Source: Eledone cirrhosa (Eukaryota). Taken from it: a stretch of DNA of 64,000 nt. The position numbers and the translations under genes are program-made. This document shows positions 1 through 14,689 of the stretch, one piece after another. Location of the stretch: NCBI GenBank assembly GCA_964016885.1, contig OZ024741.1:323268001-323332000 (forward strand). The letters run 5' to 3'. The notes below the pieces were generated by a model. It did no database searches, was not told where the DNA came from, and saw nothing but the letters and a program-made list of their open reading frames with translations. Each line of letters starts with the position of its first letter. Position 1 is the stretch's first letter.

Positions 1-3000
1 GAGCCAGAACAAATACTGAAGGCAACCCATCCAATGTTTTAATAATTCTGCCAGCACCTTCTAGACAGAAAGACAAAGCTGATCTTGGCAGAATTTGAAC
101 TCAGATGCTTAGGAGTTAGAATATATATTGCCACTAACACTTTTGCCAACTCAATGGCAAGAGCAAAGTACAAAATACCTAGAGATATTTTTTCAGACTC
201 CATAAGATCTGAGTTCAAATCCTGCCCAAGTCAACTTTGCCTTTCAACCTTTTATAGCCAAAATATAATACCAGCTAAGAGCAACGGAATGGCAGAATTG
301 TTAGAGCATTGGAGAAGATGCTTTGAAGTATTTTGTTACGGCTCTTTCTTGCTGTGGCCTACTTGGATAGTAAGACTTGATCTGTTGCATCAATGTAATA
401 CAACTGCCTGCTCCTTGGGTGCTCATTGCAAAGGAATCTACTCTGTTGTAAACATTTGGGCAAGTCTCTGGTTTAAGGATATCTTCCTTTCACTCTCCCA
501 AACTGTGACGACCCATCCAACTCATGCCACCATGGAAAACAGACGTAAACTATGACTGGGATCATGAACCTAAAGCATATCACGGATTATTCAAAAATAA
601 ACAATTGATAGATATGGGTTCCATTATCAGTAAAACACCAGAAAAACCTAGGAGATGCAACCTTAGAGAAAGCCAGCTCAACTTGTATAGGTGTGAGAGG
701 TAACAACATGATAGATAAGCTTGGGACAACCTATTAGTAAAACACCAGAAAAACATTATATGAGATGTAACCTTGTAGAAGGCCAGCTGTATAGGTATGA
801 AAGGAAAAAAGAAATGAAATTTAAAACTCACACCTCTACAGGTTTAGCTGGCCTCCTACAAGGCTGTATCTCAGGACATTTCTCTGGTGTTTTAATGATA
901 AAAGGCACAGTCTTAATCATAAAAAGCAAAATGAAATGAAGCATCTAGCTTAAGAAACACATGCCACCTGGTCCAGGAATTGAATGCACAACCTTATGAT
1001 GAGTCCAACACCCTAACCACTAGGTCAAGTGAGTTGCAAAAAGAAAAAAAGAAAAAAATTACTAGTGGCTGACATATTTTACATGTTTACAACATTTGGG
1101 GGACCATTTCAAGTACAATTATGACAAGTGATAAGGTAATTAACATTGATGATGAGTGATAAGGAAATTAATATTAATTTGTAATTAAATATGATAAAGA
1201 GTGAATTTTCAGAGTCATTAGCGCTTTGGATTTAAGTCTTCATATTTGTTCTGGCTCACTGCACTATGAGTTCAAATCCCACAGAGGTGAAGTGTACTTT
1301 TCATCCTTTTGGAAGATTATAAAGTACAGTTCACTACTAAGGTTGATTTTTTTATGGGTCTCTCTCTTTACACACACACAAACACAAAATCACATGTATT
1401 CTGACCTGGAAAGAGATGAGCTCTGATATGGTTAAAATACCAAAAACATGGCATATATCAGGACGGCGCCCATATGACCACCAAGAGTTAAGGGCCCTTT
1501 ACATCGCTTTTTTAATTAAATATTGAAGCAATGTTTAGCTGCACCACTTTAAACATCAGCTAAGAACAGGAAGTAATTCTCTTCCTACACATTTTGAAAT
1601 TTTAAAAGATGTTGAAGTGTTTTAAAAGCACAATAGACAACAGCACAGTGAGTTACCAATATATGTATGTATGCATTGTCTAATAACTGAATGGTGGGTC
1701 ACCTGACAATACCTCCTACTTCTTCACATAGCTGGGTCATATACACCCACACACATGCACTATTTCGATTAAAAAAATGTTATCTTTTCCACTCTCCCTG
1801 CCACTCATTCGACCATAGCTGTTAAGCAGGTCAAGAATTACGAATTTTAATGGGTTTTTTTAAGAGGTTTTAAGTGTGATACAGAGGATGGGTAAAAGAG
1901 AAAAAGTGAGAGTCAGGGAAAGAAAAATAGATAGAGAGAGAACAGAAAAAAAAGGAGGAAAAAGAAAGAGCTAATAATGATAGTTCCAAGAAAACTAAAA
2001 ATAAATATTTCTATGCTATCAGAGATAGTGATAGCGAAAACAAAGCTGCCAGATGTTTTAAGCCAAGAACATTTCAATGTATGGTGATGGCTAATTGCCC
2101 CAATAATCTAATGGCATTCACAGAAAATTAAACAAGTTTATCAAGAGACTAGAGAACATTAGTGAATGCTAACTAGTAAACTGAACAGCTAAATGGTTAC
2201 TGAAATACACAGTAACCATGATAATGATTTCTTTTATTTGCCACATTAGCACCAGATGGAAGAGAGTACAATGAGAGGTTACAACATTAAGGTGAGAATT
2301 TACACAGAAATGAGGGGGGGGGGGACATGTATACAATTATATGAGGTATTCAGCCTACCTGTTACAGAGAGCTCGATATCTAAGGCGAATTGAGGAACCC
2401 CACTGATCCACAATCACCTTGACCACTAGGGGTGAGGACCCTCTCCCAACAATCATTGTTAAACCTACAGGCACAAACTGAAAGTAGTCCAATTGAATCA
2501 TACCATTTTTGCTACTTTCACCCATCTTTTGATAAATGTAATGGAGGAGGGCACCTCCCTCACCTTCCTTTCCCAGTAGAACTTTAAAAGAAAATTTTAA
2601 TCTACAAGGGCTTGACCAAAGACGATGTGTTGATTTTTTTTATTGGCCACATAGGCCTAAACAGTAAGCTGACAAAAATGATTTAATTCTAGATATACAA
2701 GTTAACAACAAATCAGTTGGTAATTACAGTATTCCCCACAAACTTCAATCAGCCTCTCTTCCTGTTACACAACAGCTCAGGATAATATGAAATATTGCTC
2801 TGTGATAACCAGTATCCTAGTGTGTAATTCAGCTAGACAATTCGATGGATGGCTCTATATCCTATAAGGAAATTGCTCATCACACTTCATGCAGGAGGAT
2901 AATAAGTCATTGTCTCAGTCATGATTAAATAAACCTTTCTCTAGCACTCAATAGTTTGAAATATGTCTTAATACTAGTCAACAGTCACTCGACTGCTCGA

Positions 3001-3240
3001 ATAAATATATACATACATTAGAGTGCAGAACAATTGCACTCACTACTACATAAATACAGACATAAAACATTAACATATATATAATAGTATCTAGAATTTC
3101 TAATATTAACAGAAGGTCATACTTTATGATGGGGAGTACAGTTGATAAACCCTTTCATTATCATATTGCAAATAAAGGGCACTATCCATGATTTTCACAT
3201 AAATGTGAAAACAATTAAGAATTTGGAGGAATCTATTAAT

Positions 3241-3472
3241 TTAACCCTTTTCATAAAAAAACCTCAAACCAGCTCTGGTTCTACAATACTAAGCAATTTG
3301 TTTACCTAAAAACCTTCCATTATAATTTTATGTAAAAACCTTTAAGTTATGTTCCAAACAAGCTTAATGAGAAAGTTATATTACTATATCCCTCAAAATT
3401 CTAGATTATTTTCAAAATTATTTGAAACCCAAGCAGTTTCTTATATTAAAAATATGGTAATAAAAGGATTAA
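3241..3472. mobile_element. TTAA-flanked MITE (piggyBac-like), copy 1
   Basis: Starts TTAACCCTTTTCAT and ends TAAAAGGATTAA. The interior (aagttatgttccaaaca...ttttcaaaat) is shared with the copies at 7355 and 9118. Confidence 0.6.
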
Positions 3473-4279
3473 CTAATTTTCTCAATATTAAATTGGTATT
3501 TGGAACAAAGGTTCTTACATAAAATCATGACAGAAGGAATTTTAGATGAATATAAAAACTTTAAAATAAACAGTTATGAATTGTAGGACCAGAGGGTGGT
3601 TTCAGATGTTTAAGTATAAAAGAGTTAATAAATCAACCACAATAGTTGGTTTAGAAGGATAAAAAGAAAAATTGATCCCAACAGAATTTTAATTCTGCAT
3701 GTAAAGGGATGTAAATAAATGCCATCAAGGCATTCTAATGAATAGCAGTAAGAATAATTGTTTCCAACATAGGCAAAATGTCAGAAATTTGGGGAGCAAG
3801 GAAAAGTTTATATTGACCCCACTACCTAAATGATATTTTATCAAGCTCAAAAAGGTGAAAAGTAAAGTTGACATCAACAGGATTTGAACACAATGTAAAA
3901 AGCCAGAACAAATGCAGCAAGGCATTTCAATAACTTAATGATTCTGCCAATCCAACACCCTTCTATTAATAATAATGGTTTCTGATTTAGAAATAAGACC
4001 AACAATTTTGAAGTGGAGGAAAGCCGATTAAAACAGCCCCAATGAAAGGCAAAGTTGACATTAGCAGGATTTAAACTAAAATAATAGAAATGAGTAATGA
4101 TTCAATTGGTGGAGAGAAGTAGATGGAAAAGTCCCAAAGATAAAAATTATTAACAACATTAAAATATATCAGCTTAGCAAGTAAATTACTTGAGTGAGAG
4201 GAAGTATGATAGGGGAGAAAATTTCTTCTTTGACCACCAAGTTGATAATTATGTGAGAGATACGTAATTTTCTTGATAA

Positions 4280-4586
4280 TCATCATTTCATCATTTCATT
4301 TTATGTCCACTTTTCCCTGCTTGCAAGGGTGGGACGGGAACTGATTCTGGCTTGATTTCTACAGCTGGATGCCCTTCCTAACACCAACCTCATTTACAGT
4401 GAGTGCTGGGTGCTTTTTTGCCGTGGCACCTCCACGACCACTTTGCAGTGGAATGATAGGGACCCCAGTCCCTATCATCTCATTTCTACAGCTGAGTAAA
4501 CTGGAGCAATGTGAAATAAAGTGCCTTGAACTCACAACCTTTCGATTGCAAGGCCAATGCTCTAACCACTAAGCCATGTGCCTCCA
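4280..4586 (-). mobile_element. tRNA-head SINE with RTE-derived 3' tail
   Basis: Minus strand: A-box TGGCTTAGTGG, B-box GAGTTCAA, then TGTTAGGAAGGGCATCCAGCTGTAGAAA and a tail CCCTTGCAAGCAGGGAAAAGTGGAC followed by a (TGA)-rich end. Close relative at 18654-18993. Confidence 0.75.
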
Positions 4587-5061
4587 TCATGGGGAAAATA
4601 GTTTTGTTTTGTTTTATTGTTATTATCATAATTCTGAGACTTTGATACTGATCTGCCAAGTTTCATGATACTAAACTGTGTTGTAAAATGTTTACATTTA
4701 TCTTAAAATCTTAAATCATTTTATCTAAGAACTTTTAAGAAATATTCCAAACACCAGTTAGTTACAATACCAAAACTCTGAATTCTTTATTTTCCAAAAT
4801 ATTTGAAAATCATAGGATGTGTCTCATAAGAAATAAGGTAACAAAAGGGTTAAATGAAGCGATGAGGTCATTTCTCTAACATTTTTGGACCTACAGGGGA
4901 ACCTTTGGTAACAAAAATCATAATGAATCCTCTTCCATTAATCTAGTAACAAATGAAACCATGTCAAGAAATGATTTCCATAGAAAAATTAAGTACTAAG
5001 ATTATGAAGGATCACATGGGCTCACACATACAAACAAAACAAATTGAAATTTAATTTTTCT

Positions 5062-6953
5062 TTAAATGACTGATAAGTTTCAGAAAGACAGTATAATGCG
5101 GTAGAATTATATAATGGGCAAAGGTCAATTGACAAATAAAACTAAAAATGATGTTTTTATCCAGTATATTTCAACATATTTCAGGGCTATTACCCTCTTT
5201 TCAAATGTAAAACTGAAACAAATGATCAATGTGTTCTTCCTAACTCATCTAAGTGTCTAAAATATGCATGTGGGAAACAGTTAAATAGCCACTCTGCTCT
5301 GTGCATTTCTAATCTATTATTTATTTGTGGCTTTCTCATGTTGATGATAATAGCCTCTTTGATTCTTAAATTTCTTACATTCTTTTCCAGTGCCTCTATG
5401 GTGACCCCAATGTCTTGGCTAAGGCATCTGCCAAGGTGCTTTTTGACAGAAGAAGCTCTTGTTGTCATGCACTCCATGATCCACATGTGCAGCATCCAGA
5501 TGGAGCTACATCATATATGACCTTGTAGACTGCATATGCTCGCATGCACACTTCTGCATTGCTGCAGTGCACATATATCATATGCAAGTCGGTGTCTGAA
5601 GAGTAATCTCTTCAATGAAAGTCTCCAGTGTGCTAGCTGTATAGTCAGCCCCGCCCCACCTATAGATGGCAGCAGTCATCATCTCATTGAAATATGGCAG
5701 TTTTAGGTAGCATATGTTAACTCTAGTGGTGCTTGTCCACATTCTTTTAAGTATTGCTACCTTGGCATTTCGGCATTTGGAACAACTAACACCAATAAAA
5801 CTACAAATAAACCACATATAACCAACCTATCTGGCTCCCTCACAACTAAAGAATTGGAACTGCTAAGCCATGGACCAAAATTCATTGTAGGTCAACACTA
5901 CGCAGAGAAAATAAAACTCGACATAAAGGTCAACTTCTGTAGAACAGCATATCAGTCTTTGAAAACGTAGACAAACACAAACTTTGAAGTTGAGCACCCA
6001 GACACCATTAGATCCTTCTCTCTACTCAACTTTACACTAAAATTCATAATTTTTGTGTACCATGATTCTGCCTTTCCCTACAGAGCCAAAATGGCCTATA
6101 TACGAAATGAGACCTCCCTGATGCACTACAGATTCAGCAAGGGTAGCAACAAACATACCAGCACAGTGGAATTCCAGGGTGTTTTCACCAAGAACGGCTA
6201 CTCTACTTCTCTCACCAAACGCTGAAATGCCAAGGCAGCAACACTTAAAAGAACAAGGAAGTTACACACCCCTAGAGGTAGCATATGCTACCTAAAGCTG
6301 CCACAATTCAATAAGATGACCACTGCTGTCCATAGGGAGGACCTGAATATACAGCTACCACACTCAGGACCTTCATATAGGAGAGTACTCTACATACGAT
6401 ATATGCACACTTTACAACTGTCCCATCCATCAACAATGTAGAAATATGCATGAGAGCATATATAGTCTATAAAGCCACATGAAAACAATGTAGTTCCTCA
6501 TACATCAGGAGTACCTTCTTGATACTCCAAAAACGGATCAAGACAACAGGAGCTTCATCTGTCAAAAAACACCTTGACAGATGCCTTAGCCAAGACATTG
6601 AGGTCACCATAGAAGCCACAAAAGGAATGCGGGAAATTTAAGAATCTAAGAGGCTATTATCAACATGAAAAAGCGATAAATAAATAATAGATTAGACATG
6701 CATGAAGCAGAGTGGCTACTATAACTGCTCCCCACATGTGTATTTTGGACTCTTAGGTGAGTTAGGAAGAACTGTTCGTTTTGGTTTGAACAGTTTTCAT
6801 TTTTACATTTCAAAAGAGAGTAATATCCCTGAAATATTATGTTGAAATATACTGAATAAAAACATTACTTTGTTTTGTTTTACTTGTCAACCTTTGCCCT
6901 TTATATATTTCTAATGCATTGTACTGGCATTTTGAAACTTATCAGTCATTTAA
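5062..6953 (+). mobile_element. Decayed Penelope-like retroelement with inverted 3' copy (arms about 5062-5780 minus and 6215-6953 plus)
   Basis: Plus strand 5824: NLSGSLTTKELELLSHGPKF (PLE N-terminal motif). About 6065: DSA.PYRAKMAYIRNE. About 6290: YLKLP. About 6460: IVYKAT*KQCSSSYIRST (GIY-YIG). ORF 5226-5495(-) gives the endonuclease C-terminus LRIKEAIIINMRKPQIN. The RT core is deleted and there are many stops. Confidence 0.85.
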
Positions 6954-7354
6954 TACGCTCAGGTCTCAAATAATCTCGAACAATGCTTCATATTAACTAT
7001 TCAAATTGTTTTCTTTATTTTTGCAAGTTATTACCTCATTGTACAACTATTATGTTTTTTTATAAGTATTTATTTTTATTGACAATTTGTGTTAATTTTT
7101 AAAAGGATGCATTTGGTTGTAGACTTTCAGTATTAAGGTTTTAGAATGAATTCTCTTTCAATACATCTATTCTAATTGATGAGGTAACAAATTTTGTGGC
7201 TATGAATGAGTTTCTGGATCAAATTATATTTATTAACAGGTAGCTCACTGTACACTAATCATGGCTACTTATAAGAGGGTTCGAGTCTTGACCGTTACTT
7301 ATAACAAAAATATATTAGTTGGGTATACAAAGTGTGTTAGTTAAGAATGATGCT

Positions 7355-7598
7355 TTAACCCTTTTCATAGGAAACCATTTGAAACAGCTCCTGACTTTGG
7401 GAGAAAACCAGTTATTTTAAAGAATTCAAATTTAAATCATGCATTGTAATTGTATATAAGACCCGCTTCTTAAGTTATGTTCTAAACAACTAGACAAGGA
7501 AATTAGTTATATTATTAAATCCCACCAAATTATTTTCAAAATAATCTGAAAATCACAGGCAGTGTCTGCTATTAGAAATATGCTCATGAAAAGGTTAA
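7355..7598. mobile_element. TTAA-flanked MITE, copy 2
   Basis: TTAACCCTTTTCAT ... ATGAAAAGGTTAA terminal inverted repeats. Confidence 0.65.
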
Positions 7599-8052
7599 AC
7601 TTAGCTCTACCTTAGTAATTCTCTATTGATTGTTACATTGTTATTATATGTACAGACATCACACACCATATCTCTAATACATCAATCATCTCTTCATGCC
7701 AGTTACAACCACTTTCATGTCTCTAAATTTCAATTCAAACACATAACATACACGCATTCAACATCACACACACATTTTTCAAATGTTACCTTCTAAACTG
7801 TAAGACTGAGAACCAACACAGCATACCACACAACAGAACAGTGTTAATGGATTCTTTAGAAATGCCATTACATATTTGAATGGCTCTTCATGAATGGGAA
7901 ATTCTATGTATTTATCTATCTCTCTGGTAAAAACACTTTTTAAATTTTACAAACATATTTAGAAATGGTTAAAATACCTGAAGACAAACACTATTTTCTT
8001 GACCCCCTTTTTTGTGTGCATCTGAAGAGAATTAGTGCCATTATTTTAATGA

Positions 8053-8240
8053 GGGCGGTGGATTGGCAATATCGGTAGAGGGTCGGACGCCATGCTTTGA
8101 AGCATAGAGTTACCTCCCTTTATGATCTGAGTTCAAATCCCGCCGAGGTTGACTTTGCCTTTCATCCTTGCGGGGTCGATAAAATAAAGTATCAGTAATA
8201 CACTGGGATAATTGCTGACTTTGTGCCAAAAGTAGAAACA
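8053..8240 (+). mobile_element. tRNA-derived SINE with MetaSINE-like core, full length, with target-site duplication (TSD)
   Basis: A-box TGGCAATATCGG, B-box GAGTTCAAATCC, core GCCTTTCATCCTTGCGGGGTCGATAAAAT. 13-bp direct repeat ATTATTTTAATGA at 8040-8052 and 8241-8253. Confidence 0.85.
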
Positions 8241-9117
8241 ATTATTTTAATGATGGTTGAGGGGTTCTAAAACATGGCCAGATGTTCCCACCCGACTTCC
8301 CAATAACCATGTGCAACACTTGCATAGTAAATATTTGTCCTATATATGCAATTATGGTTTTCCATTATATTTGTGACATGATTTTAGTATGGTTTTACTG
8401 GATGTAAGTTTAAATGAAAAGTTTCATCAGGCTGGAACATATTTCAGTTCCATTGTCATTAACCCATAACATTTTGTAATGAGAGAAAATAACTAAAAAT
8501 AGGTTTGTTAATTCAAATGTTTGCCGCATCCTTGCCAGTAAACAGATCATTGGGAAAATTTCAGTAGACTAAAGCTAAGATTTTAATTTTTTTAATGTGA
8601 TGCAATCATAATGCTGTTTTGCACTTAAGAATGTCTTGCTAATGTGGGGTTTCATGTGGTACAGGATGACAGTCCATCACAGGGTTAACCCCCAGCTGCT
8701 GTTATTACTCGTTTTCAGCTGAGTAATCTGAAATGAAGTATTTGTCTCAAGAACACAACATACTAACCATTGGCCTTCCAATCACCAACAACTTTACAGC
8801 ATAGACTGGGTGTATTTTATCATACTACTAGCACTAGAAAGGTTTACTGCCTGGTCTAAAGTATCCCATCTACACAGTATCAGTTTATATTTATAAGTTA
8901 CCACTCCACTAGACGGGTTGCCTTCACTGTAGTTTACTGAGGTCACATCATCTCTGAGCAGAATTCAAGTATTAGTTTTCCTATTTAGGGGGGTTACTAT
9001 GTTACTAAGAGTACTCGCATTCTGGAAGCAGGAAATGTGTGTGTGGAGGGGGAAGATATATTAAATTTAGAAAAATGGAGATTTACATGACAATTTTGTA
9101 TGGCCCAGTAACATGAT

Positions 9118-9486
9118 TTAACCCTTTTCATTGGAACCTGCATTAAACCACTTCCAGTCCTCTGAAAAGAAACAACCCACTTTAAAGGGTTCTTGTATAA
9201 ATTACAACTTTCCAATATAATTTAATACAAGAATCTTTTATGTTACAAATACCATCTTAATGATATAATTAATAATTTCAGTAAATCCCTCTAAATTCTT
9301 CATTAATTAATTGAAATAATTGTTTCTATTTTTGGCACAAGGCCAGCAATTATCCCAGTGTATTACTGGTACTTTATTTTATCGACCCCTTAAGGATGAA
9401 AGGCAAAGTTAACCTCGGCGGGATTTGAACTCAGACCATAAAGGGCCACTATTATTACATTACAAATATTGTAATGAAAGGATTAA
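9118..9486. mobile_element. TTAA-flanked MITE, copy 3, interrupted by a 5'-truncated SINE (about 9318-9450, minus)
   Basis: TTAACCCTTTTCATT ... AATGAAAGGATTAA; the internal segment is the reverse complement of the 8053 SINE 3' half. Confidence 0.65.
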
Positions 9487-9853
9487 CCATCCATCACCAG
9501 CCAATAGCGAGAGATTTATGTAATCTAGTTCTAACACAGGACACAACACCAGATGAGAAGATTAACCTTTCATATGACAACCTATCCCAGATCAATCAAT
9601 AAAAATTCAATCAGTTTTGTACGAGAACCTATAGCTTTTGTTTAGATACTGGTCAGCCCTGATCAAAAATATTCCATCTTATTTTCTCTCAAACATGTAT
9701 CTAGGACTACATAGATCAATGTGCCCATTGTTTAAGACAGTAAGATGCCTACTAACAAGTTCCAAATGGTAGCCTGTAGAAAAAAGCATCTAAATGGTAA
9801 AAATAATTTAAAAGCTATCAAAATATGTAAATGTATAATTACATACATTCACC

Positions 9854-10305
9854 AAAATATCTCGCTACAAAATCAACTTGGATATCAGAGGAAAGAGTAA
9901 AAAAAACAATACTACTAGTGTCTCATAAGAGAAGGAAGCAGGGAAGGACTGACTGCAACCTATTTAATTTATCTAAATGACCTGCCGCCATAATTTTATA
10001 TCAAAATATTTGTTAGGTTCCAAACATCAACTTAATAGAGAAAGTTACTAAATCTCTCCAAATTCTTCATTTTCAAAATATTTCACTACAAACTCAACAT
10101 GGATATCAGGAGACAGTAAAAAGACAACACTACGCTTGTCTCATGGAAGGAGTATAAGGAAGCAGGGAGGGACTGTAACCTATTTAATTTATTTAAATGA
10201 CCTGTTGTCATAATTTTATATGAAAATATTTGTTAGGTTCCAAACATCAACTAACTTAATACTGAGAAAGTTACTAAAACTCTCCAAATTCTTCATTTTC
10301 AAAAT
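9854..10305. repeat. Diverged tandem duplication, unit about 225 bp
   Basis: ctacaa..ggatatcag..aaggaagcaggga..tatttaattt..tgttaggttccaaacatcaa..aattcttcattttcaaaat occurs twice in tandem. Confidence 0.8.
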
Positions 10306-11387
10306 TGTGGTATTTATATAAATTATTCTATTCACGAAGTATAGTACTTTATTTTAAAATAAAAATAATTTACAATTCAGATTTGTACATTTTAAAAAGA
10401 AAATGGAAAAGAGAAAAATTGGAATAAGATTAAATAGTGAAAGGGAAAGAGAGAGAGCAACAGATTCTATACCCCAGTCCAGGCAGTTTATCTTAGTTGC
10501 GCCCGGCAGACAAAATGGCAAAGGCATTGCCATGGAAAACAGCCAGCGACACTCGCTACCTCAGCCACCCTACCTCATGGAGTTTGCACTCTTCTCAATT
10601 TTGTGGAGAAAAACAGCAATTCAGGGACTGAGGACCCCAGAGACAAGCACAAAAAGGAAGTGGTTGGTGAAGTTCCAGAATTTAGCTATTTTCCTCTCCT
10701 CCACAGGTGCCCAGGTTTGAAAATTATAAGCAATTTCTTTCATTGGAAATATGATAATGAAAGGGTTAAAGTTCTTTAATGCCAAAACATATGGTAAATA
10801 AATGTCATCTACATAGGATGATAGACTCCTGATCATAAGGTTCAATTCCTGGACTTGGCAACTTGCACTTTTGAGCAAGAAGCTTCAATCTCACATTGCT
10901 TTTCATGAGAGAGGCCTCTTAAGAAACATCCTACGAGATGCAACTTATAGGAGCTCAGCTAAACCCGTGTAGGTGAGGACTGTAAATGATAATGAAAAAT
11001 ATGTTGATAAAGAAAGACAGACAGAAATGAAAATTTGATGCAAACACGATTATATTATCTTTCTTTAGGAACAAAGTACAGAGTGGGACAGGGTAGGATA
11101 AATTGACCTCAATATAGCAAGTAAACACCTTTAAATAAAGCATGGAGATTATATATATATATATATATATGAGAATGTTGTAGTTTGCTTGAAGCATTGT
11201 GTATGGTATAAAGAAAGGATATGATGTTTGAAGGTCTAAGGCAAGAGATTTTATCATAAAATATAAGAACGGATAAATTAATAAAGGTAACACAAAACAT
11301 CTTGTTTCATCATATTTTCTTGTTTGTCCATTTCGCATTGTAGTGACCTTCAAACATCACATCATTTTCTCTCTCTCTCTCTCTCTG

Positions 11388-11418
<31 letters not shown>

Positions 11419-12687
11419 ATGTATAGTGACACAGGAATGGATATTATAGACAACACAAAGATAAAAGTTAATGTTTGACAGTTGGAGAAATGGAAAAAAG
11501 TTATTTGGTGTTTCAGACATAGGACCTTTTTCAATACAAAAATAATGGGAGTTTAAAATTCTGCATAGAACAACTTTGCATTTCACTCCTTTGAGGTCAA
11601 TGAAGTATCAATTTAGGGACAGTGGACTGACAAAATTGTTAGAGATATGGATAGGATGACTTTGTAATATTTAATTTGGCTCTGTTCAAATCCCACTTCA
11701 TACTGCCAGGAGTTGCAACCAGCAGATAGTACTGGCAATGAAAAGACCAAGGAAACATTGCTTCTTTGATCCAATCTAATAATCAGCTCACTTCCTTTTT
11801 CTATACTAACATAGTTGGATGAGTCTCACAGCAATGTCATCTGTGACATCTGATACACACCCAACACAAACTTTGTGGTTATGTGTCTCAAAGTGTGCAC
11901 TAGATGCAGTTCATAACACCTTGAACAATAAACAGGTTGTCATAGGTGAGAGTACTAACAAACTACCCCCACTACCGTGATGTTGCTTTGATAAAAAAAA
12001 ATTGTTAAATGCAATAATTGATTATGTAATTATAATTAATTCCATCTTTAACATAGGTTTTAACCTAATACTAATTATGTACATATGATGTGCAGTATCA
12101 CACACACCAAGATGAAAACTGGTCAGCAACATGATTTTATATCCAATTTTCCGTGATGGCATGGGATGGACCAGACAGCACCTATTCATATACTACAGAT
12201 ACTCTCATATAGTGGTAGTGCAGGGACCATGATAAAATGCAGCCATTCCATGTAGTAGAGTGGTAGCGTTGGTGTTATGATAATAATCACCCAGTACATA
12301 CTGTAAGCTTTAGGAAAGACATCTAGTCTTAAAAATCATGCCAAACTGGAACTTAAGAGCAGAATACGATCATCTGACCCGTCTAAACTCACAACGTAAC
12401 AACCCATACCGGCATCAAAAACGGACATAAAAAAAAAACGATGGTGGTGGTTATATTTGTATATATCCTTGTGCAGAAGTTATGATAAACATTTAAAACA
12501 CATATACTGTTATGTTTATTCACTTTCATTTAATTGATAACATTATAAACTATTCTGATATTTGATTGGTTCATCCATATAGATTTTTTGTGAACATTAT
12601 ATACTATAAACTATGAAACTGTTTACTTTAATATTTGTGATCTAGCCACTGAAACAAGTGCTATATGTAGGAGGCAACATTGACACT

Positions 12688-13100
12688 ATCATCATCGTTA
12701 TTTTATATCCACTGTTCCATGCTTGCATGAGTATTTTTCAGAGCAGCATCTCTCCACTCATCACGTTCCTTCACTATCTCTTCTGTGGGCTTCAGTGATT
12801 TAAGATTAGCTCTCACCACCTCTGTCTTAATCTTCCCTTACTGTAGCTTCCTTCTACTGGGATTTCTTCACCCAGCAATCATCATCCATTCACATCAAAT
12901 ATCCATACCAGTGCACTCTTCTCTCTTGCACACATCTAATTCCTCTTATACCTAGTTCTCTCAGTTCATTTGTGCTTTGTCATTCATGCACATTAATACT
13001 GCACATCCATCAAAGCAAGCTTGCTTCATTTCTCTCCAGCCGTTGAATATCCTCTGCATTCACTGCCCACGTATCACATTACATACACAAGCGTCACACT
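12688..13100 (-). mobile_element. Degenerate RTE LINE 3' fragment
   Basis: (CAT)n tail, then homology to 21918-22165 (cagcatctctccactc, ctcaccacc, ttcttcaccca) and to the RTE ORF at 24800-24980 (cacatccatc, ttcatttctctc). Confidence 0.7.
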
Positions 13101-14689
13101 ACATAATATGTAATACTTTCATATACACATTTGCCAGATTAATTTCATAGGAATAGAAAAACATTTCCCCAAACTAGCAAATTATGTTACAAAATAGCCC
13201 AAAATGAAAATTTTGCAAGTAAAATAAGTAAAATTATATTTCATAACGATTCCCTGCCGTTGTTCTACTGACTAGTGTATCAGTAGTTTGAACCACAGAA
13301 CAGCTTGCTCATAAAATTAATATGCAAGTGACTGACCTTTCCACAGACACCTACACCCTTAACATAGTCCTCCGGAGATTTAGTACAACACTGTGAAATA
13401 TGGCTTTGAATTACAGGTACAACTCATTTTTTTTCCAGCTGAGTAAGCAGTAACAACAATGAAATTAAGTATCTTGTACAAAGACAACATGCTACTAGGA
13501 ATCAATCTCTTGACCATAAAATCATGAAGCAAACACCCAAAACACTCAGTCGCAAACCTTCTTAGATTTCCTGTAGGTCAGGTTCTAATTTACTTGATTC
13601 ATAATTTAATATAGTCTAAAGAATTCTTAACTTTTTAAATTAAAATTATGAATTAAGTAGCCCAGATAAAAGACAAAATAGTAGCAAGCATTCCTGAAAT
13701 GTAGCCTAGCCTGCTTCTTGTAGCCCCAATCTGGAAACTATGACCGTGAAACAAAACAATAGAAAATAACAGTAATATGCGTATGCAAATATCTATTATG
13801 GTCCTTCCACAGGACAAAGTAGCACATTGTGTCCTTCAGCTTGCTCCAATCCACTCACTTAAAAAAAATGAATACCAGCAGCAGATAGGAGTTAATCCCT
13901 GCAATAGACAGGCATCTGGCTCAGGGTCAGTTTTTTCATGATAGGATTGGAGCCCCTATCATTAACACACACCTAGGAACCTTCATAGGAAGCTTGTCAA
14001 GCCTACATAGGTGGGAGCTGAGCTGTTTCACAATGTAATTGGTTGAATTTCAACAAATCTTGGGGATGGGGGAGACCACAAATCAGGGTAGAACTCAATA
14101 CATGTTTAACCCTTTCGTTACCATAATTCTAGTGCTATAGTGAAATAATGCTGGTGCCACTACAAAAACACTCAGTCCACCCTGTAAGGTGGTAATGTCA
14201 GAGTCACAAAATCCTCCAAGTACACACTGTAAAGTGGTTGGTATTAGGAAGGCATCCAGCCATAGAAACCATGCTTCCAGTAGATGCTGTAAATTGGTTG
14301 ACATTAGAAAGAGATTCAACCAAAGAAACCAAGCCAAAATAAAGCACATGACCCGTGTGGTCTTACATATGACAGATGTCTAACCAATGCAAGTATGGAA
14401 AATAGACAGTGACGATGATATACACTGCCAATGTGTTTCAATAAATCTTGAAAAAAAAAAAAATTTAAAAAAAATAAAAATTGGAGATATTTAATAAATA
14501 ACTACCTTTTTCATTATTAGCAAGCTGGAGTTTGGAACAAAGATTTCTAAAATAAAATTATGATGGGAAGTTTTAATATATGAACCCTTTAAAATAAATA
14601 GCTTTCTATCAGGCAGTTTGGTACCAAAAGGGTAAAGTGCAGATGAGATAAAGAGATACAGTATAATCTCAACTGAAATACTAAAATAA

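Noticed and set aside
85-555. 156-aa ORF
   Set aside because: It is stitched across several SINE fragments and starts at TTG.
8053-8145. tRNA gene
   Set aside because: The A and B boxes belong to a multi-copy SINE head; no cloverleaf.
10403-10720. 105-aa ORF and pyrimidine-tract/CAG acceptor near 10707
   Set aside because: No recognisable domain and no partner exons.
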